A stretch of DNA of 64,000 bases, from contig WFVD01000015.1 of assembly GCA_015491865.1 (NCBI GenBank), forward strand, positions 225,430 to 289,429, written 5' to 3'. The position numbers were made by a program, and so were the translations under genes. Below are positions 41,301-51,660 of this stretch, piece after piece. The DNA comes from Gammaproteobacteria bacterium. Lineage in GTDB: Bacteria; Pseudomonadota; Gammaproteobacteria; SZUA-140. Each line of letters begins with the position of its first letter. Position 1 is the stretch's first letter. The notes beneath the pieces were generated by a model. It ran no database searches. It saw nothing but the letters and a program-made list of their open reading frames with translations, and was not told the DNA's origin.

Positions 41301-43379
41301 TTATTCAAACTTAAAACTAATTTCACCATATACGCTTCTACCTGCCAACGGGTAATCAGCAGGGATGGTTGCCCCTTGCGAATGTCCGGGTGTATAGGTT
41401 GATGGCGCCCTGGCATCCTCATTAAAGAGGTTTCTAACAGAGAAGGTAAAATCCATATTGGGCAGTAGCTGGCGGCGCTTTATGGTTGCATCAACAATTG
41501 TATAATCATCTATTTCGCTTCTGGGATCACCTGCAGCACGTTTGCGATCTGCGATCCATTTCAGCTGCGTACCCAGAAACCACTGCGGCTGAAGCCCCCA
41601 ATGAGCACTTGCATAAAATTGCTGCCGGGGTGCATTGGGCACATCTGCACCTGTCACACTATCTTCTGCATTTTGAAAGGCGAAGAAGCTTCGTAGTTGT
41701 AGCCTGGAGCTAACATGCCAGTTGCCCTCAAGCTCAAAGCCACTTCCTCTCTGTTTACCTGTATTTGCCGCGGGTTCCCCAAATGTTCGGTCAATCAAGT
41801 CATCGATGCGGTAACTAAAGAGACTCAGCACCAGGTTCACCTCGCGGGCAGGGCGGTAGTCAATCACCGCTTCATATGTCTCAATCGTCTCTGCGGCCAG
41901 ATCTGGGTTACCAAGGATTGCCGGGTTGTTTTTATAATAAAGCTCACTAAATGTGGGCGCCCGAAAGGCCTGGCCATAGAGTAGCTTTGTCGTTAGATTG
42001 GGCCGCCCCATCCAGACGACTGCAATACGCGGATTGGTTGTATCCCCAAAGTCAGAATAGTTATCATAGCGAACACCCGCTGTCACTGCCCAGTCCTGAT
42101 TAATGGTCCACTCATCCTGAAGCAGGATATGGTTGACCGTTCTGGATTGCCGAGTCATATATGCAAATGGTGACCCCGTAACATCAACGGTTATACCAGC
42201 GGGAAGACCTGTCCCAAAGTTCTTCACTTCACGTGGGTCAACTTCGACCCACTCAGAACCGACCCCGAGCAGTATACTGTGGCTCGAAATCCCTGAATAA
42301 TTAGAGCGAACAGAGAGACTGCCCTTTCGCTGGGTCGCCCCTGGACGCCCGAACCTGTCCACAGTAACAGAACCAATGGGGGGGTATAAAACAAAATATG
42401 AATCCAGCTCACTCAGCTCGTAACTCAGGCGGGAACTAATATCCAGCGCCGGCAGGACATCTCGGTTTTCATGCTGCATATCCAATAAATATAGTTCAGA
42501 CTCGTCATAACCCTCTGGGTCTATAATCTGTGTAGCCCCCTGCCCAACCCCTGCTCTCTTCAGATCCCAGTTCCATAGTCTAAATGTCCACTCTTCATTA
42601 TTTAACGTCACCTCTGTATTAGTGTAGTCATAATAAGTCTCAAGCGGACCACTGCCTATGATGGGCGGTAATGATAACGGAGGTGGAACAAAGTCTTCAT
42701 TTCGATACTCGACAACGCGGCTGCTATCACCGTCGCTACTGCTCGTCTCAAGGCTAAATGCAAAATCCCACCCTGCCAGATCTGTTGCGTGACGCAACCA
42801 GACATCCTGTGTATTAAACGATCCCTGGCGCCAGCCAAAGTTTGTGCCGTCATTTTCTATCAGGTTTTTGGTAATGATATTGATGACTCCGCCAAAAGCG
42901 TCCGCACCATATAGTGCAGACCCCGGACTGCGCATCACCTCAATCCGAGCAATATTTGTAACTGGCATACGAAAACCTGCCGGCGTTGATCCTGTTGCAA
43001 CGCTCGTCACATCATGGCCATTCACAAGCATTAATATCTGGGAGTTGTCCGCGGTATGAATACCGCGAATTGAGAAGTGAGAGTCCAGCCTGCCAACAGG
43101 ATCCGGGTATACATTAACGCCAGGGATCATCTCAAGCACTTGCTCAAAAGAGGTAATACCCATCGCCTCAATTTCTGAGGCGGTAATAACATTTGCGACA
43201 GCTGGGGCTCGCGAAAGCTTTTGAGGCTTGCCTGTGACGATCTCAACCTCTATATTCAATAGATCATCCATAGAAAGCTCAAAGAGATCCTCCGCCACCG
43301 TATCACCCTGCACTAACGAAGGCATGACATAAAAGGCAAGCAAGCAGCCGATCACAATTGAGTTGTTAACGCTGTTCAT
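41301..43379 (-). CDS. TonB-dependent receptor (type usually linked to YfiR)
   Basis: Signal peptide, DLFELSMDDLLNIEV, RIEVMRSPGSALYGADAFGGVINIIT, RNLFN, aromatic C-terminus. Confidence 0.92.
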   Translation of the reverse strand: MNSVNNSIVIGCLLAFYVMPSLVQGDTVAEDLFELSMDDLLNIEVEIVTGKPQKLSRAPAVANVITASEIEAMGITSFEQVLEMIPGVNVYPDPVGRLDSHFSIRGIHTADNSQILMLVNGHDVTSVATGSTPAGFRMPVTNIARIEVMRSPGSALYGADAFGGVINIITKNLIENDGTNFGWRQGSFNTQDVWLRHATDLAGWDFAFSLETSSSDGDSSRVVEYRNEDFVPPPLSLPPIIGSGPLETYYDYTNTEVTLNNEEWTFRLWNWDLKRAGVGQGATQIIDPEGYDESELYLLDMQHENRDVLPALDISSRLSYELSELDSYFVLYPPIGSVTVDRFGRPGATQRKGSLSVRSNYSGISSHSILLGVGSEWVEVDPREVKNFGTGLPAGITVDVTGSPFAYMTRQSRTVNHILLQDEWTINQDWAVTAGVRYDNYSDFGDTTNPRIAVVWMGRPNLTTKLLYGQAFRAPTFSELYYKNNPAILGNPDLAAETIETYEAVIDYRPAREVNLVLSLFSYRIDDLIDRTFGEPAANTGKQRGSGFELEGNWHVSSRLQLRSFFAFQNAEDSVTGADVPNAPRQQFYASAHWGLQPQWFLGTQLKWIADRKRAAGDPRSEIDDYTIVDATIKRRQLLPNMDFTFSVRNLFNEDARAPSTYTPGHSQGATIPADYPLAGRSVYGEISFKFE

Positions 43380-43687
43380 CTTTTCGTCGCGGTTCCTCTA
43401 GCTGCATTCATGTCAGACAAGCAACCAGCGGCGACCATATTCTTACTGATTCTAGTCTTCCTAACTAAGCCTACATCCCTCTGCACCCAACTTCCCAGGC
43501 CATACAGAATATTATTAATACTCCTACAAATTTATGATTAATTCAACAAGGTTCCTACATGGTTATAACAATATCTATGACCTTACAAACAGAGTCAGCT
43601 ATGTACATCACTTAAGGACATAACCCCGGGAGCATTAGAAGTGCTGCTTAGTAGTACCCTGAAAAATCATGGAATGGTTACAACTAT

Positions 43688-44527
43688 TCACCCTCGAACC
43701 TCATCTTCCTGCTCGGGTAGCAACCTGTGCGGCTTCCCCTGGTAAAGCACATCATCACAACGAAGCGGTAAAAAGGTACCTGCCGGTCTGTTTCGCATAT
43801 CCACATAACAGGCTGTAACACCACTCGCGACCAGCGTTGAGCAGATAAGGTAAACTTCATCGGGTGAAAAACCCTGATCAGAGAGGAAGGCTGACATATA
43901 ACCATTAATGTTCATCCCTTCATTAAAGCGCTCATCAAGTACGCTTTCGATCTCATAAGCCAGTTTCAGATGCGCGCCGACCTGGAACCCAAGGTTTTTT
44001 GCGACCCGTTCCATTGCAGGAACCCGCTCATCACCTTTAGCTATCGGCCTCCCGTATCCCATAATAAAAGGCTTCCCGCCATGTTTGGCGCATTCGTTGG
44101 TTACGATGTCTGTTACCGAAACTCCGTTATTAAAAGCCAGCATTGCAGCCTGAATAAAAGAGAGCCCCGCCTTTAACGGCTTGATACCATATGAACGTGA
44201 GTCTGTTGCCAGAACCCCCGCAACCGTTGACGCAACAGATGAGGCTCTCATCGTGCCACCGAGTGCGCCGATATGGTTACACCAGATACGTGAATCGGGC
44301 CAGCTCAAGCAGATATGCGCCGCTTCAATGCACTCTGCGAGCCGTCGCTCCGGTAACCGGCCAGTTGCATTCAGAACCACTACCTGCATATAAGTGACCT
44401 TTCCGACCAGTTCATCCATCATTTCATAGCCGTGACAATAAACCCCGTCACCGATCAACCAGCCCCCTTTTTTGCTGATGATCTTATTGCGCTGCCGGTC
44501 CCAGAGAGTGGTATCTTGTTTAGTCAT
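43688..44527 (-). CDS. Citrate synthase / citryl-CoA lyase-fold protein B (altered active site)
   Basis: CHGYEMMDELVG, TGRLP, MGYGRP..GDERV, MNINGYMSAFLSDQGF, SGVTAC. Confidence 0.75.
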   Translation of the reverse strand: MTKQDTTLWDRQRNKIISKKGGWLIGDGVYCHGYEMMDELVGKVTYMQVVVLNATGRLPERRLAECIEAAHICLSWPDSRIWCNHIGALGGTMRASSVASTVAGVLATDSRSYGIKPLKAGLSFIQAAMLAFNNGVSVTDIVTNECAKHGGKPFIMGYGRPIAKGDERVPAMERVAKNLGFQVGAHLKLAYEIESVLDERFNEGMNINGYMSAFLSDQGFSPDEVYLICSTLVASGVTACYVDMRNRPAGTFLPLRCDDVLYQGKPHRLLPEQEDEVRG

Positions 44528-45365
44528 AGTCGATGGTATACGCCTTGTCGCTGATAAATGGCATCGCGGTTATTGGTTTATTGGCCTGCTCCATACCATG
44601 TGCCAGCAGGCCGGGGGCCGAGAGCAGCTGAAAGAGCCCCGCACCAGAACGGGGATGAAAACCAAGATCGGCAAAGACAGCGGCTGCGACGCCGACATTA
44701 AGCCACCCCATGTTGTGTTTCTCTAATGCGGATGAGAACTGGGCACCCCACTTCATGATATCACCACACCCGGGGAGCTCAAGAAGGAGAGTGACAAGTT
44801 TAGATGACATCAGGTCAACACCGCCAAAACAGCTACCAAAACCAGGTACGATGTGCCAGTCACCCTCTTCAGGCTGCCCCTCTCCCTGCGCCTTCAGCAG
44901 CTGCTCAACAAGCCGGACAGGATCTTCTCTGCGGTGCCTTCTCATAAAACGCATCGCGCCTTCAACCTCACCTGCGCCTAGATGTTCTCCCCCCATGATC
45001 GCCAAGCTAATCGGCAAAATATGCTGAGGATCCGTCTTGCCTATACCCGCATTCATCGCAGCACGTGTAGCAGGATGGCGTGGACCAGGGTTAATTAGCC
45101 CAATCATCAACTTCTCTAACAGCTGGCGTTCATCCGTCGATGGCATATCACCCCTGAATAGCAGGTAAAAAGTGTCGATATAACTCGCCCCTCGCATCAA
45201 ATCTATGAGGTCATAACCGTGGCAGCGGCTACTATCTGCAATATAAGGATTATCGCTGGATGCCAGCTCCTCCCAGATGCGCGTTGATGCCTTATCTGCA
45301 AAGGGTTCAGTCCGTGCGGTAACTTTCTGGTGGCGTTGTTGTTTCTCCATATCATTTCCACTCAC
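44520..45365 (-). CDS. Citrate synthase / citryl-CoA lyase-fold protein A (altered active site)
   Basis: CHGYDLIDLM, YLLFRGDMP, GGEHLGA, VPGFG, AAVFADLGF, PGLLAHGMEQ; 8-nt overlap with protein B. Confidence 0.78.
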   Translation of the reverse strand: MSGNDMEKQQRHQKVTARTEPFADKASTRIWEELASSDNPYIADSSRCHGYDLIDLMRGASYIDTFYLLFRGDMPSTDERQLLEKLMIGLINPGPRHPATRAAMNAGIGKTDPQHILPISLAIMGGEHLGAGEVEGAMRFMRRHRREDPVRLVEQLLKAQGEGQPEEGDWHIVPGFGSCFGGVDLMSSKLVTLLLELPGCGDIMKWGAQFSSALEKHNMGWLNVGVAAAVFADLGFHPRSGAGLFQLLSAPGLLAHGMEQANKPITAMPFISDKAYTIDYD

Positions 45366-46249
45366 ATCTTTAATTGATCAACTATCATCATCCTTACCCC
45401 CATAGGGGAAACATCATCTTCTCAATATAAACATCCTGCAAACAAAGGCTACCTGTTTGATAGAGCGACTCATCACTTACTCCCAGCATGCAATCAGACA
45501 TTTATTTTCGATCTTTTTACACCAACCGCGATGCCTGTTCTGTTAACGTACGCATGTATCACTGAGGTTTAACCACACTTAGCGTAACACTCTCACCACC
45601 CCCACTGCGACCGCGAAATTCAACACCAACGAAGTGACACAAGAATGAACAGTTCTCTACTTCATTCACAGCCGTATCGGCATACAATATAAGCGGTAAT
45701 TATCATGATATTGCTGTCTGCTCTATCACACCCTTTTCTATCAAATACTATAACAACCGGGATATTATTCAATGCTATGCATGAAGCTGGAACACTATCT
45801 GAGCAAAGGTTAAATAGATAACAGATAAACCTTTTACCCCCCGCTAAGCTGACTGGTTACTCGGTAAAAAGCATACTGGCTACTGTCTGGAGACTAAAGC
45901 CTGTTACTATCTGCTTTAAATTGTGTGTTAGCAGATCATGATGGTAATAGGCACTGTCGATTTACCACTTTCTAGCCAACATGTAGTATGTATGGCAATA
46001 CAGAAAAAGATACGTATAACCGATAACCACCATATACTTATGGAATAAAGGCATAATACGCTAACACTGTGTGGGTTTCTGTTAGCTACTGATAAGCTAT
46101 AAGCACTAACAACATATTAATATAGAGACGCATCTCGTGAAGTTTATTGATTACTGCCTTTACTACTCTCTTTCACCATCAGCACCCTCTCTCTCCGGCC
46201 TTTCTCTGCGAGCGGGATCTGCTCGTTCACGCCAAAGTTAGGTCATGTT

Positions 46250-46801
46250 ATGAAACAACTGTTTTCCTGCTTGTTTTTTCTTATAGGCATCGTGCTGCTA
46301 ACGCCTGCCAGCCACGCAGGTGATTTTGATGTTCGTGAATATAGCCTGAAAGCTGTTTTTCTAGAGCGTTTCACTCGTTTTATTGACTGGCCAGACAGAA
46401 GCCCTTCTGAAAACAGACTTAATCCTTTTATCATTAGCGTAATTGGAAACCGGAAATTTTCAGCCCTACTTAGAGAGATCTATCAGACTCAGAAAATTCA
46501 GGGGAAAAAAGTCATCATTCAGGATATCGATAACGGCGAAGGCGTAAAAAACGCTCATATACTTTTCATCTCTCACATGCCTGAAGAAGCGCTTGATAAA
46601 GTCCTGGCACAGGTGAAAAACACCCCGGTGCTTACTATTTCAGATTCTGATGGGTTTGCTGAGCAGGGGGTCATGATCAACTTCTTTATGTCAAAGAAAC
46701 AGAAGATCCGATTCGAAATTAATGAACTCGCAATAAAAGAGTCTGATCTATATATCAGCTATAAACTACTCTCCGTTGCAAAAATAGTCGGGAGGGAATA
46801 G
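46250..46801 (+). CDS. YfiR/HmsC (DUF4154) family periplasmic protein
   Basis: Signal peptide, EYSLKAVFLERFTRFIDWP, PVLTISD..FAEQGVMINF, IRFEIN, LLSVA. Confidence 0.9.
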   Translation: MKQLFSCLFFLIGIVLLTPASHAGDFDVREYSLKAVFLERFTRFIDWPDRSPSENRLNPFIISVIGNRKFSALLREIYQTQKIQGKKVIIQDIDNGEGVKNAHILFISHMPEEALDKVLAQVKNTPVLTISDSDGFAEQGVMINFFMSKKQKIRFEINELAIKESDLYISYKLLSVAKIVGRE

Positions 46802-46804
46802 CAA

Positions 46805-49207
46805 ATGAAGATGCTACGCAACCTCTCAATTAGGAAAAAGCTCATCGCGATTATCCTTATCGCCACCAGCACCGTTATGGCAATTGGCTTTAGCGTTATT
46901 ATTTATAATGACATCAATGACTTCAAACTGGATGTCAGTAACAATAGTGTTATTAATGCACGACTTGTTGGCGATGAAAGCGTTAGCCCGTTAGCATTCT
47001 CCGATCCCGAGGGTGCCCGCGAAATCCTGCAACGATTTAATGCAATCCCCTCCGTTATCAACGCCAGAATCTATGACCATAACGATAATATTTTTGCCTC
47101 CTACGACAGGGATGAGCAACTACCCTTGCCACAAACCCCTCTCGTTAAAGCAGCACTTGTTGAGTACGAAGGAAAATGGCTCCATGTATACCAGCCAATC
47201 ACCTATCGAGATGAGCTTTATGGTTACATCTATCTCCGTGTCTCCACGCAGGCGCTCGATAAAAAGATAAACACCTACCTTTTAACAATTTTTTACATCA
47301 TGCTGGGGTTAATTGCATTTTCATATTATCTTGCAAGCCGTTTGCAACACATCATCTCAGGCCCAATTATTAAGCTGACAGAAGCAACGCGTAAGATTGC
47401 ACAGGATGACAACTACACCTTCCGCGCTGAAAAACAGAGTAATGACGAAATTGGCGTACTGTATGATGATTTCAACAATATGATTGACAAGATTTCGCAA
47501 CGCAAGCAGGAGCGAGATAAAGCATTACGAGAACTATTCGAAGAGAAAGAGCGCGCTCAGGTGACACTTGAGTCGATCGGTGACGCTGTCATCACAACAG
47601 ACATTCACGGCAAAATAGACTACATCAACGCTGTCGCTGAAAATCTGACAGGATGGAGTCACGAAGAAGCAGCGGGGCAGCAGGTCGAGCATATCTTCCG
47701 CATCATTAATGAGATTACACGAGAGAAATCTGTCAATCCGGTCGAGCGCTGTATTAATGAAGGACGCATTGTTGAGCTAGCCAATCACACCGTTCTCATC
47801 TGTAAAGATGGCAGTGAAATCGCCATCGAAGATTCAGCGGCACCGATCAGAAATCAGGCGGGTGAGTTAATTGGAGTTGTGATGGTATTTCATGACGTCA
47901 CAGAGTCACGCAAACTTTCTCAACAGTTAATCTACCAGGCGCGTCACGATGCACTGACAGGGCTTATTAACAGGCGCGAATTTGAAGAGCGTCTTGAACA
48001 TGCCATTGAGCAGGCCCGAGTCAATCACTATGACCATGCCCTGCTATATATGGATCTTGATCAGTTTAAAGTGGTCAATGATACCTGTGGGCATGCCGCG
48101 GGCGATGAGCTGCTGCGGCAGATTACATCGTTATTACAGTCCCAGATGCGCAAGCACGACACCCTTGCAAGACTGGGAGGTGATGAGTTCGCCGTATTAC
48201 TCGAATATTGCGGCTCAGATGAGGCAAACAACGTTGCTGAAAGCCTCTGCGAAGCTGTTGAGTCTTACCGCTTTACCTGGGAGGGAAACAGCTTCGTGGT
48301 TGGCGTAAGCATCGGCCTGGTACCGATCAACAAGAACAGCGGTAGCCTTGGCGTGGTCATGAGCATTGCAGACAGCGCCTGCTACGCGGCTAAAGAAGCG
48401 GGAAGAAACCGCATCCATAGCTATGTGGAAGATGACACCACTGTCGCCCAGCGCCATGGTGAGATGCGCTGGGTTTCACGCATCACCCAGGGACTCGAAG
48501 AGAATAATTTCACCCTCTATCGGCAGGATATTCTGTCAATTGGAAAGCACACAACAAATGGAGACCACTACGAAGTTTTAATCAGAATGAAGGATGGAGA
48601 GGGGGCGTTAGCGATGCCCAACTCCTTCTTACCGGCAGCCGAACGCTATAACTTGATGCCCAAACTGGATCGCTGGGTTATCAGAACTATCTTTGAGTGG
48701 CTCAGCAACGCCACAGATGAGCTGGAAACACTTGCAATGTGCTCTATCAACCTCTCAGGCCACTCAGTTGGTGACGATAAATTTTTACAGTACACCATTA
48801 ACCTGTTTGAGAAATACCACATCCCACCTGGCAAAATCTGTTTTGAGATCACGGAAACGGCAACGATTGTCAATTTGACCAGTGCTACCCGCTTTATTCG
48901 CGCCCTCAAAAAGAAAGGATGTCGCTTCGCACTGGATGACTTTGGTTCCGGGATGTCTTCGTTCCTATACTTAAAAAATCTTCCCGTTGATTTCCTGAAA
49001 ATTGATGGTGGATTTGTGAAAGATATTACACATGACCCGATGGATCTGGCTCTGGTCCGCTCGATCAATGACATCGGCCATGTGGTTGGAATGAAAACAA
49101 TTGCTGAATTCGTGGAGAGCGAGGATGTGCTCAGAAAATTAAAAGTACTTGGGGTCGATTACGCCCAAGGCTACCATTTTGGGCAGCCCATGGAGTTGAT
49201 CCGTTAG
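46805..49207 (+). CDS. Membrane sensor (CHASE8-like)-HAMP-PAS-GGDEF-EAL protein
   Basis: Two TMs, PLAFSDPEGAREIL, HAMP DEIG, PAS SIGDAVITTD, RKHD + GGDEF, EVLIRM, DDFGSG, AEFVE, AQGY. Confidence 0.92.
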   Translation: MKMLRNLSIRKKLIAIILIATSTVMAIGFSVIIYNDINDFKLDVSNNSVINARLVGDESVSPLAFSDPEGAREILQRFNAIPSVINARIYDHNDNIFASYDRDEQLPLPQTPLVKAALVEYEGKWLHVYQPITYRDELYGYIYLRVSTQALDKKINTYLLTIFYIMLGLIAFSYYLASRLQHIISGPIIKLTEATRKIAQDDNYTFRAEKQSNDEIGVLYDDFNNMIDKISQRKQERDKALRELFEEKERAQVTLESIGDAVITTDIHGKIDYINAVAENLTGWSHEEAAGQQVEHIFRIINEITREKSVNPVERCINEGRIVELANHTVLICKDGSEIAIEDSAAPIRNQAGELIGVVMVFHDVTESRKLSQQLIYQARHDALTGLINRREFEERLEHAIEQARVNHYDHALLYMDLDQFKVVNDTCGHAAGDELLRQITSLLQSQMRKHDTLARLGGDEFAVLLEYCGSDEANNVAESLCEAVESYRFTWEGNSFVVGVSIGLVPINKNSGSLGVVMSIADSACYAAKEAGRNRIHSYVEDDTTVAQRHGEMRWVSRITQGLEENNFTLYRQDILSIGKHTTNGDHYEVLIRMKDGEGALAMPNSFLPAAERYNLMPKLDRWVIRTIFEWLSNATDELETLAMCSINLSGHSVGDDKFLQYTINLFEKYHIPPGKICFEITETATIVNLTSATRFIRALKKKGCRFALDDFGSGMSSFLYLKNLPVDFLKIDGGFVKDITHDPMDLALVRSINDIGHVVGMKTIAEFVESEDVLRKLKVLGVDYAQGYHFGQPMELIR

Positions 49208-49249
49208 CAGACTCAAATATACGAAGGGGCCATGCTATAGCAGCTAAAG

Positions 49250-49576
49250 CTAATCACCAGCAAGGCTGGTCAGCCCCTGCTTTGTATCATCAAGCTCATC
49301 AACAACCGCCTGCCCTTTAGCTTTCGTTTCGTCAAGCTTATTCTGCGTATTATCAACACTCTTATTTACCTTATCCAGCCCCTCAGTAACTGAATCGAGC
49401 GCTTCGTTTAGTTTATCAAAAAAACCTGCATTCGCATTCCCCGCAGTGAAAGCCACTCCTCCCAGCATTATAAGTGAAGCTAAGCCAATTTTTTTACTCA
49501 ATATTTTTTGTCTATTCACAATAACACACCTTTTAAGTAATAGTTTATGATGATGGGTGCGCCTCTTAGCACACAC
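49250..49576 (-). CDS. Small secreted hypothetical protein (start uncertain)
   Basis: Signal-like segment ending ANA, then amphipathic heptads GFFDKLNEALDSVTEGLDKVNKSV. Confidence 0.6.
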   Translation of the reverse strand: MCAKRRTHHHKLLLKRCVIVNRQKILSKKIGLASLIMLGGVAFTAGNANAGFFDKLNEALDSVTEGLDKVNKSVDNTQNKLDETKAKGQAVVDELDDTKQGLTSLAGD

Positions 49577-49666
49577 AGAGAGTTAAGAACCGCCCCCTTT
49601 CCCAGTTATCTTCAAAAGTCCCAGTCAACACATAACAGAAACAACATAACATATTCACTATAGGAT

Positions 49667-49716
49667 TTGACAGCCCCCACACAAAATACTATTATTCGAA
49701 AAATGTCGAATAATAG
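49667..49716 (+). promoter_or_regulatory. sigma70 promoter and ArsR operator palindrome
   Basis: TTGACA-N17-TATTAT; perfect inverted repeat CTATTATTCGA-N6-TCGAATAATAG (49689-49716). Confidence 0.8.
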
Positions 49717-50020
49717 CAAAGAAAGTCTACGCTTCCCGGCAGCATTTAAGGCGCTCAGCAACCCTCATCGGCTGGCACTTTTTTATCGATTGATGAATTG
49801 TTGCGAACCTGGGACTAAATGTAATGCGGCCTCAGCGGCTCGCTTTTGTGTCGGCGATCTTGGCGAAGGGCTCAATATCGCACCATCAACCCTCTCTCAC
49901 CATTTAAAAGAGTTAAACCGTGCCGGGCTAGTTGAAATGGAGCGCAGAGGTAAAAATGTTGAATGCTGGGTTGAACCAGAAAAATTAAAGTCGTTAAGTT
50001 CCTTCTTTCAGAACGACTAA
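49703..50020 (+). CDS. arsR: ArsR/SmtB-family repressor
   Basis: FKALSNPHRL, CC..C..CVGDL, STLSHHLKELNRAGLV; upstream of arsM. Confidence 0.85.
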   Translation: MSNNSKESLRFPAAFKALSNPHRLALFYRLMNCCEPGTKCNAASAARFCVGDLGEGLNIAPSTLSHHLKELNRAGLVEMERRGKNVECWVEPEKLKSLSSFFQND

Positions 50021-50061
50021 GCGAGTAACCATCCGCTTCCAGATACTTAAAGGACCCAAAC

Positions 50062-50937
50062 ATGTGTGATTCAAACTGCTGTGAACCCAATTCAAGCTGC
50101 TGCCCTTCTGAAGATGCCAATCATGCCGCTCAAGATGCACATCGCCAGGAGGTGCGCGACGCCTATGGCCAGGTGGCTCGCGCTGAAAATAATAGCGAAT
50201 CTTGCGGCATTGAGAGCAGTTGCTGCGGTGTCTCGGATGATAGCGCCATCAACAGACTCATTTCGACCCGCATTGGTTATAGTGAAGAAGATCTTGCCAG
50301 GGTACCCAGCGGGGCAGACATGGGGCTCGGCTGCGGCAATCCACGCGCAATTGCATCCCTGAAAGCGGGAGAGACGGTCGTTGATCTTGGTTCCGGCGGT
50401 GGCTTCGACTGTTTTCTTGCCGCTCATGAAGTGGGGGAAAAAGGTCACGTCATCGGCATTGACATGACCCCGGATATGCTTAGCAAAGCGCGTAATAATG
50501 CAGAAAAAGGAGAATTTAAAAATGTTGAATTTCGCCTCGGTGAAATTGAACATCTTCCAATAGCGGATGCCACTATTGATGTCATCATCTCTAACTGTGT
50601 TATCAATCTATCACCCAACAAGCCCCAGGTTTTTAGCGATGCATTTCGCGTTCTTAAACCGGGCGGTCGACTTGCGATCTCCGATGTCGTCGCAACGGTC
50701 GAGCTACCTGAAGAGATGCGCAGTGATCCGGCACTGATTGCCGGCTGCATGGGCAATGCCTCACTGATTGAGGATCTGGAAAAGATGATCAAGGCAGCGG
50801 GCTTCTGCGACGTAAAAATCGAACCAAAGGACGAATCAAAGACTTTTATTCGCGACTGGGCACCCGACCATAACGTGACTGACTATGTTGTCTCAGCCAC
50901 CATAGAGGGCACCAAACCTGGCGGTGGTTGCTGTTAA
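50062..50937 (+). CDS. arsM: Arsenite S-adenosylmethionine methyltransferase
   Basis: [33 protein letters not shown]; Cys-rich termini. Confidence 0.92.
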   Translation: MCDSNCCEPNSSCCPSEDANHAAQDAHRQEVRDAYGQVARAENNSESCGIESSCCGVSDDSAINRLISTRIGYSEEDLARVPSGADMGLGCGNPRAIASLKAGETVVDLGSGGGFDCFLAAHEVGEKGHVIGIDMTPDMLSKARNNAEKGEFKNVEFRLGEIEHLPIADATIDVIISNCVINLSPNKPQVFSDAFRVLKPGGRLAISDVVATVELPEEMRSDPALIAGCMGNASLIEDLEKMIKAAGFCDVKIEPKDESKTFIRDWAPDHNVTDYVVSATIEGTKPGGGCC

Positions 50938-51279
50938 CAGCGCTGATATCATGCAGCCCTGCCTGCGTAGCCACCTCGCTGGACTGCCTGACCAGAGAAA
51001 TGAGAATACTGTCCCAGGCAGTTCATTGCCCAGCCTTCACGTGGCGCCTTGATGGCAGCATCCATATCAAAATGATGCTACCGCACATCTCTCATCCCTC
51101 CCGCTAGCCGCCTGGATAAGTGACAATAAATTTTGAACACGACCATTCTTGACTATTAGCTGAAATAGCGTTTAATCTTCTCAGGCTTGTGCATTATGTA
51201 AGAAAGCTTCAAAGAGATAGTGGACCAGGTGGCCAGCGTACTGGCTTGGCTCTTAAAGAAATAATCTGATGAAAAAATA

Positions 51280-51630
51280 ATGTACCAGTATAAAGGGATA
51301 CTTCAACGTGTTGTGGATGGCGACACCCTTGATGTCATTATTGATATGGGCTTTGCTATTACCACTCATCAGCGAATCCGGCTAGCGAAGGTTGATACTG
51401 CGGAGATCTTTCGGGTACCAAAATCTTCGGAATCCTATCGGGAAGGCATGAAAGCAAAGGAATATGTTGAAAAGCGTCTGCAGGAAAATCCAGATGGATT
51501 CATTATTGAGACGCTTAAACAACCTGGAAAGTATGGTCGCTATATCGGAGAGATATTTTTACCGGACTCTGATATTTCTCTTAACGATGAACTGCTTCAG
51601 AAAGGTCTGGCTAAAGAATGGCCACATTGA
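51280..51630 (+). CDS. Thermonuclease (SNase)-family protein without signal peptide
   Basis: RVVDGDT, RIRLAKVDTAE, GKYGRYIG, LNDELLQKGLA. Confidence 0.88.
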   Translation: MYQYKGILQRVVDGDTLDVIIDMGFAITTHQRIRLAKVDTAEIFRVPKSSESYREGMKAKEYVEKRLQENPDGFIIETLKQPGKYGRYIGEIFLPDSDISLNDELLQKGLAKEWPH

Positions 51631-51660
51631 TCTGATAGCTGATATAAAGAATATCAAATA

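Noticed and set aside
45800-45930. Possible c-di-GMP riboswitch upstream of yfiR or the enzyme pair
   Set aside because: I could not find the GEMM core (GGCAAAC..GAAA..GACGCAAAG) on either strand by eye.
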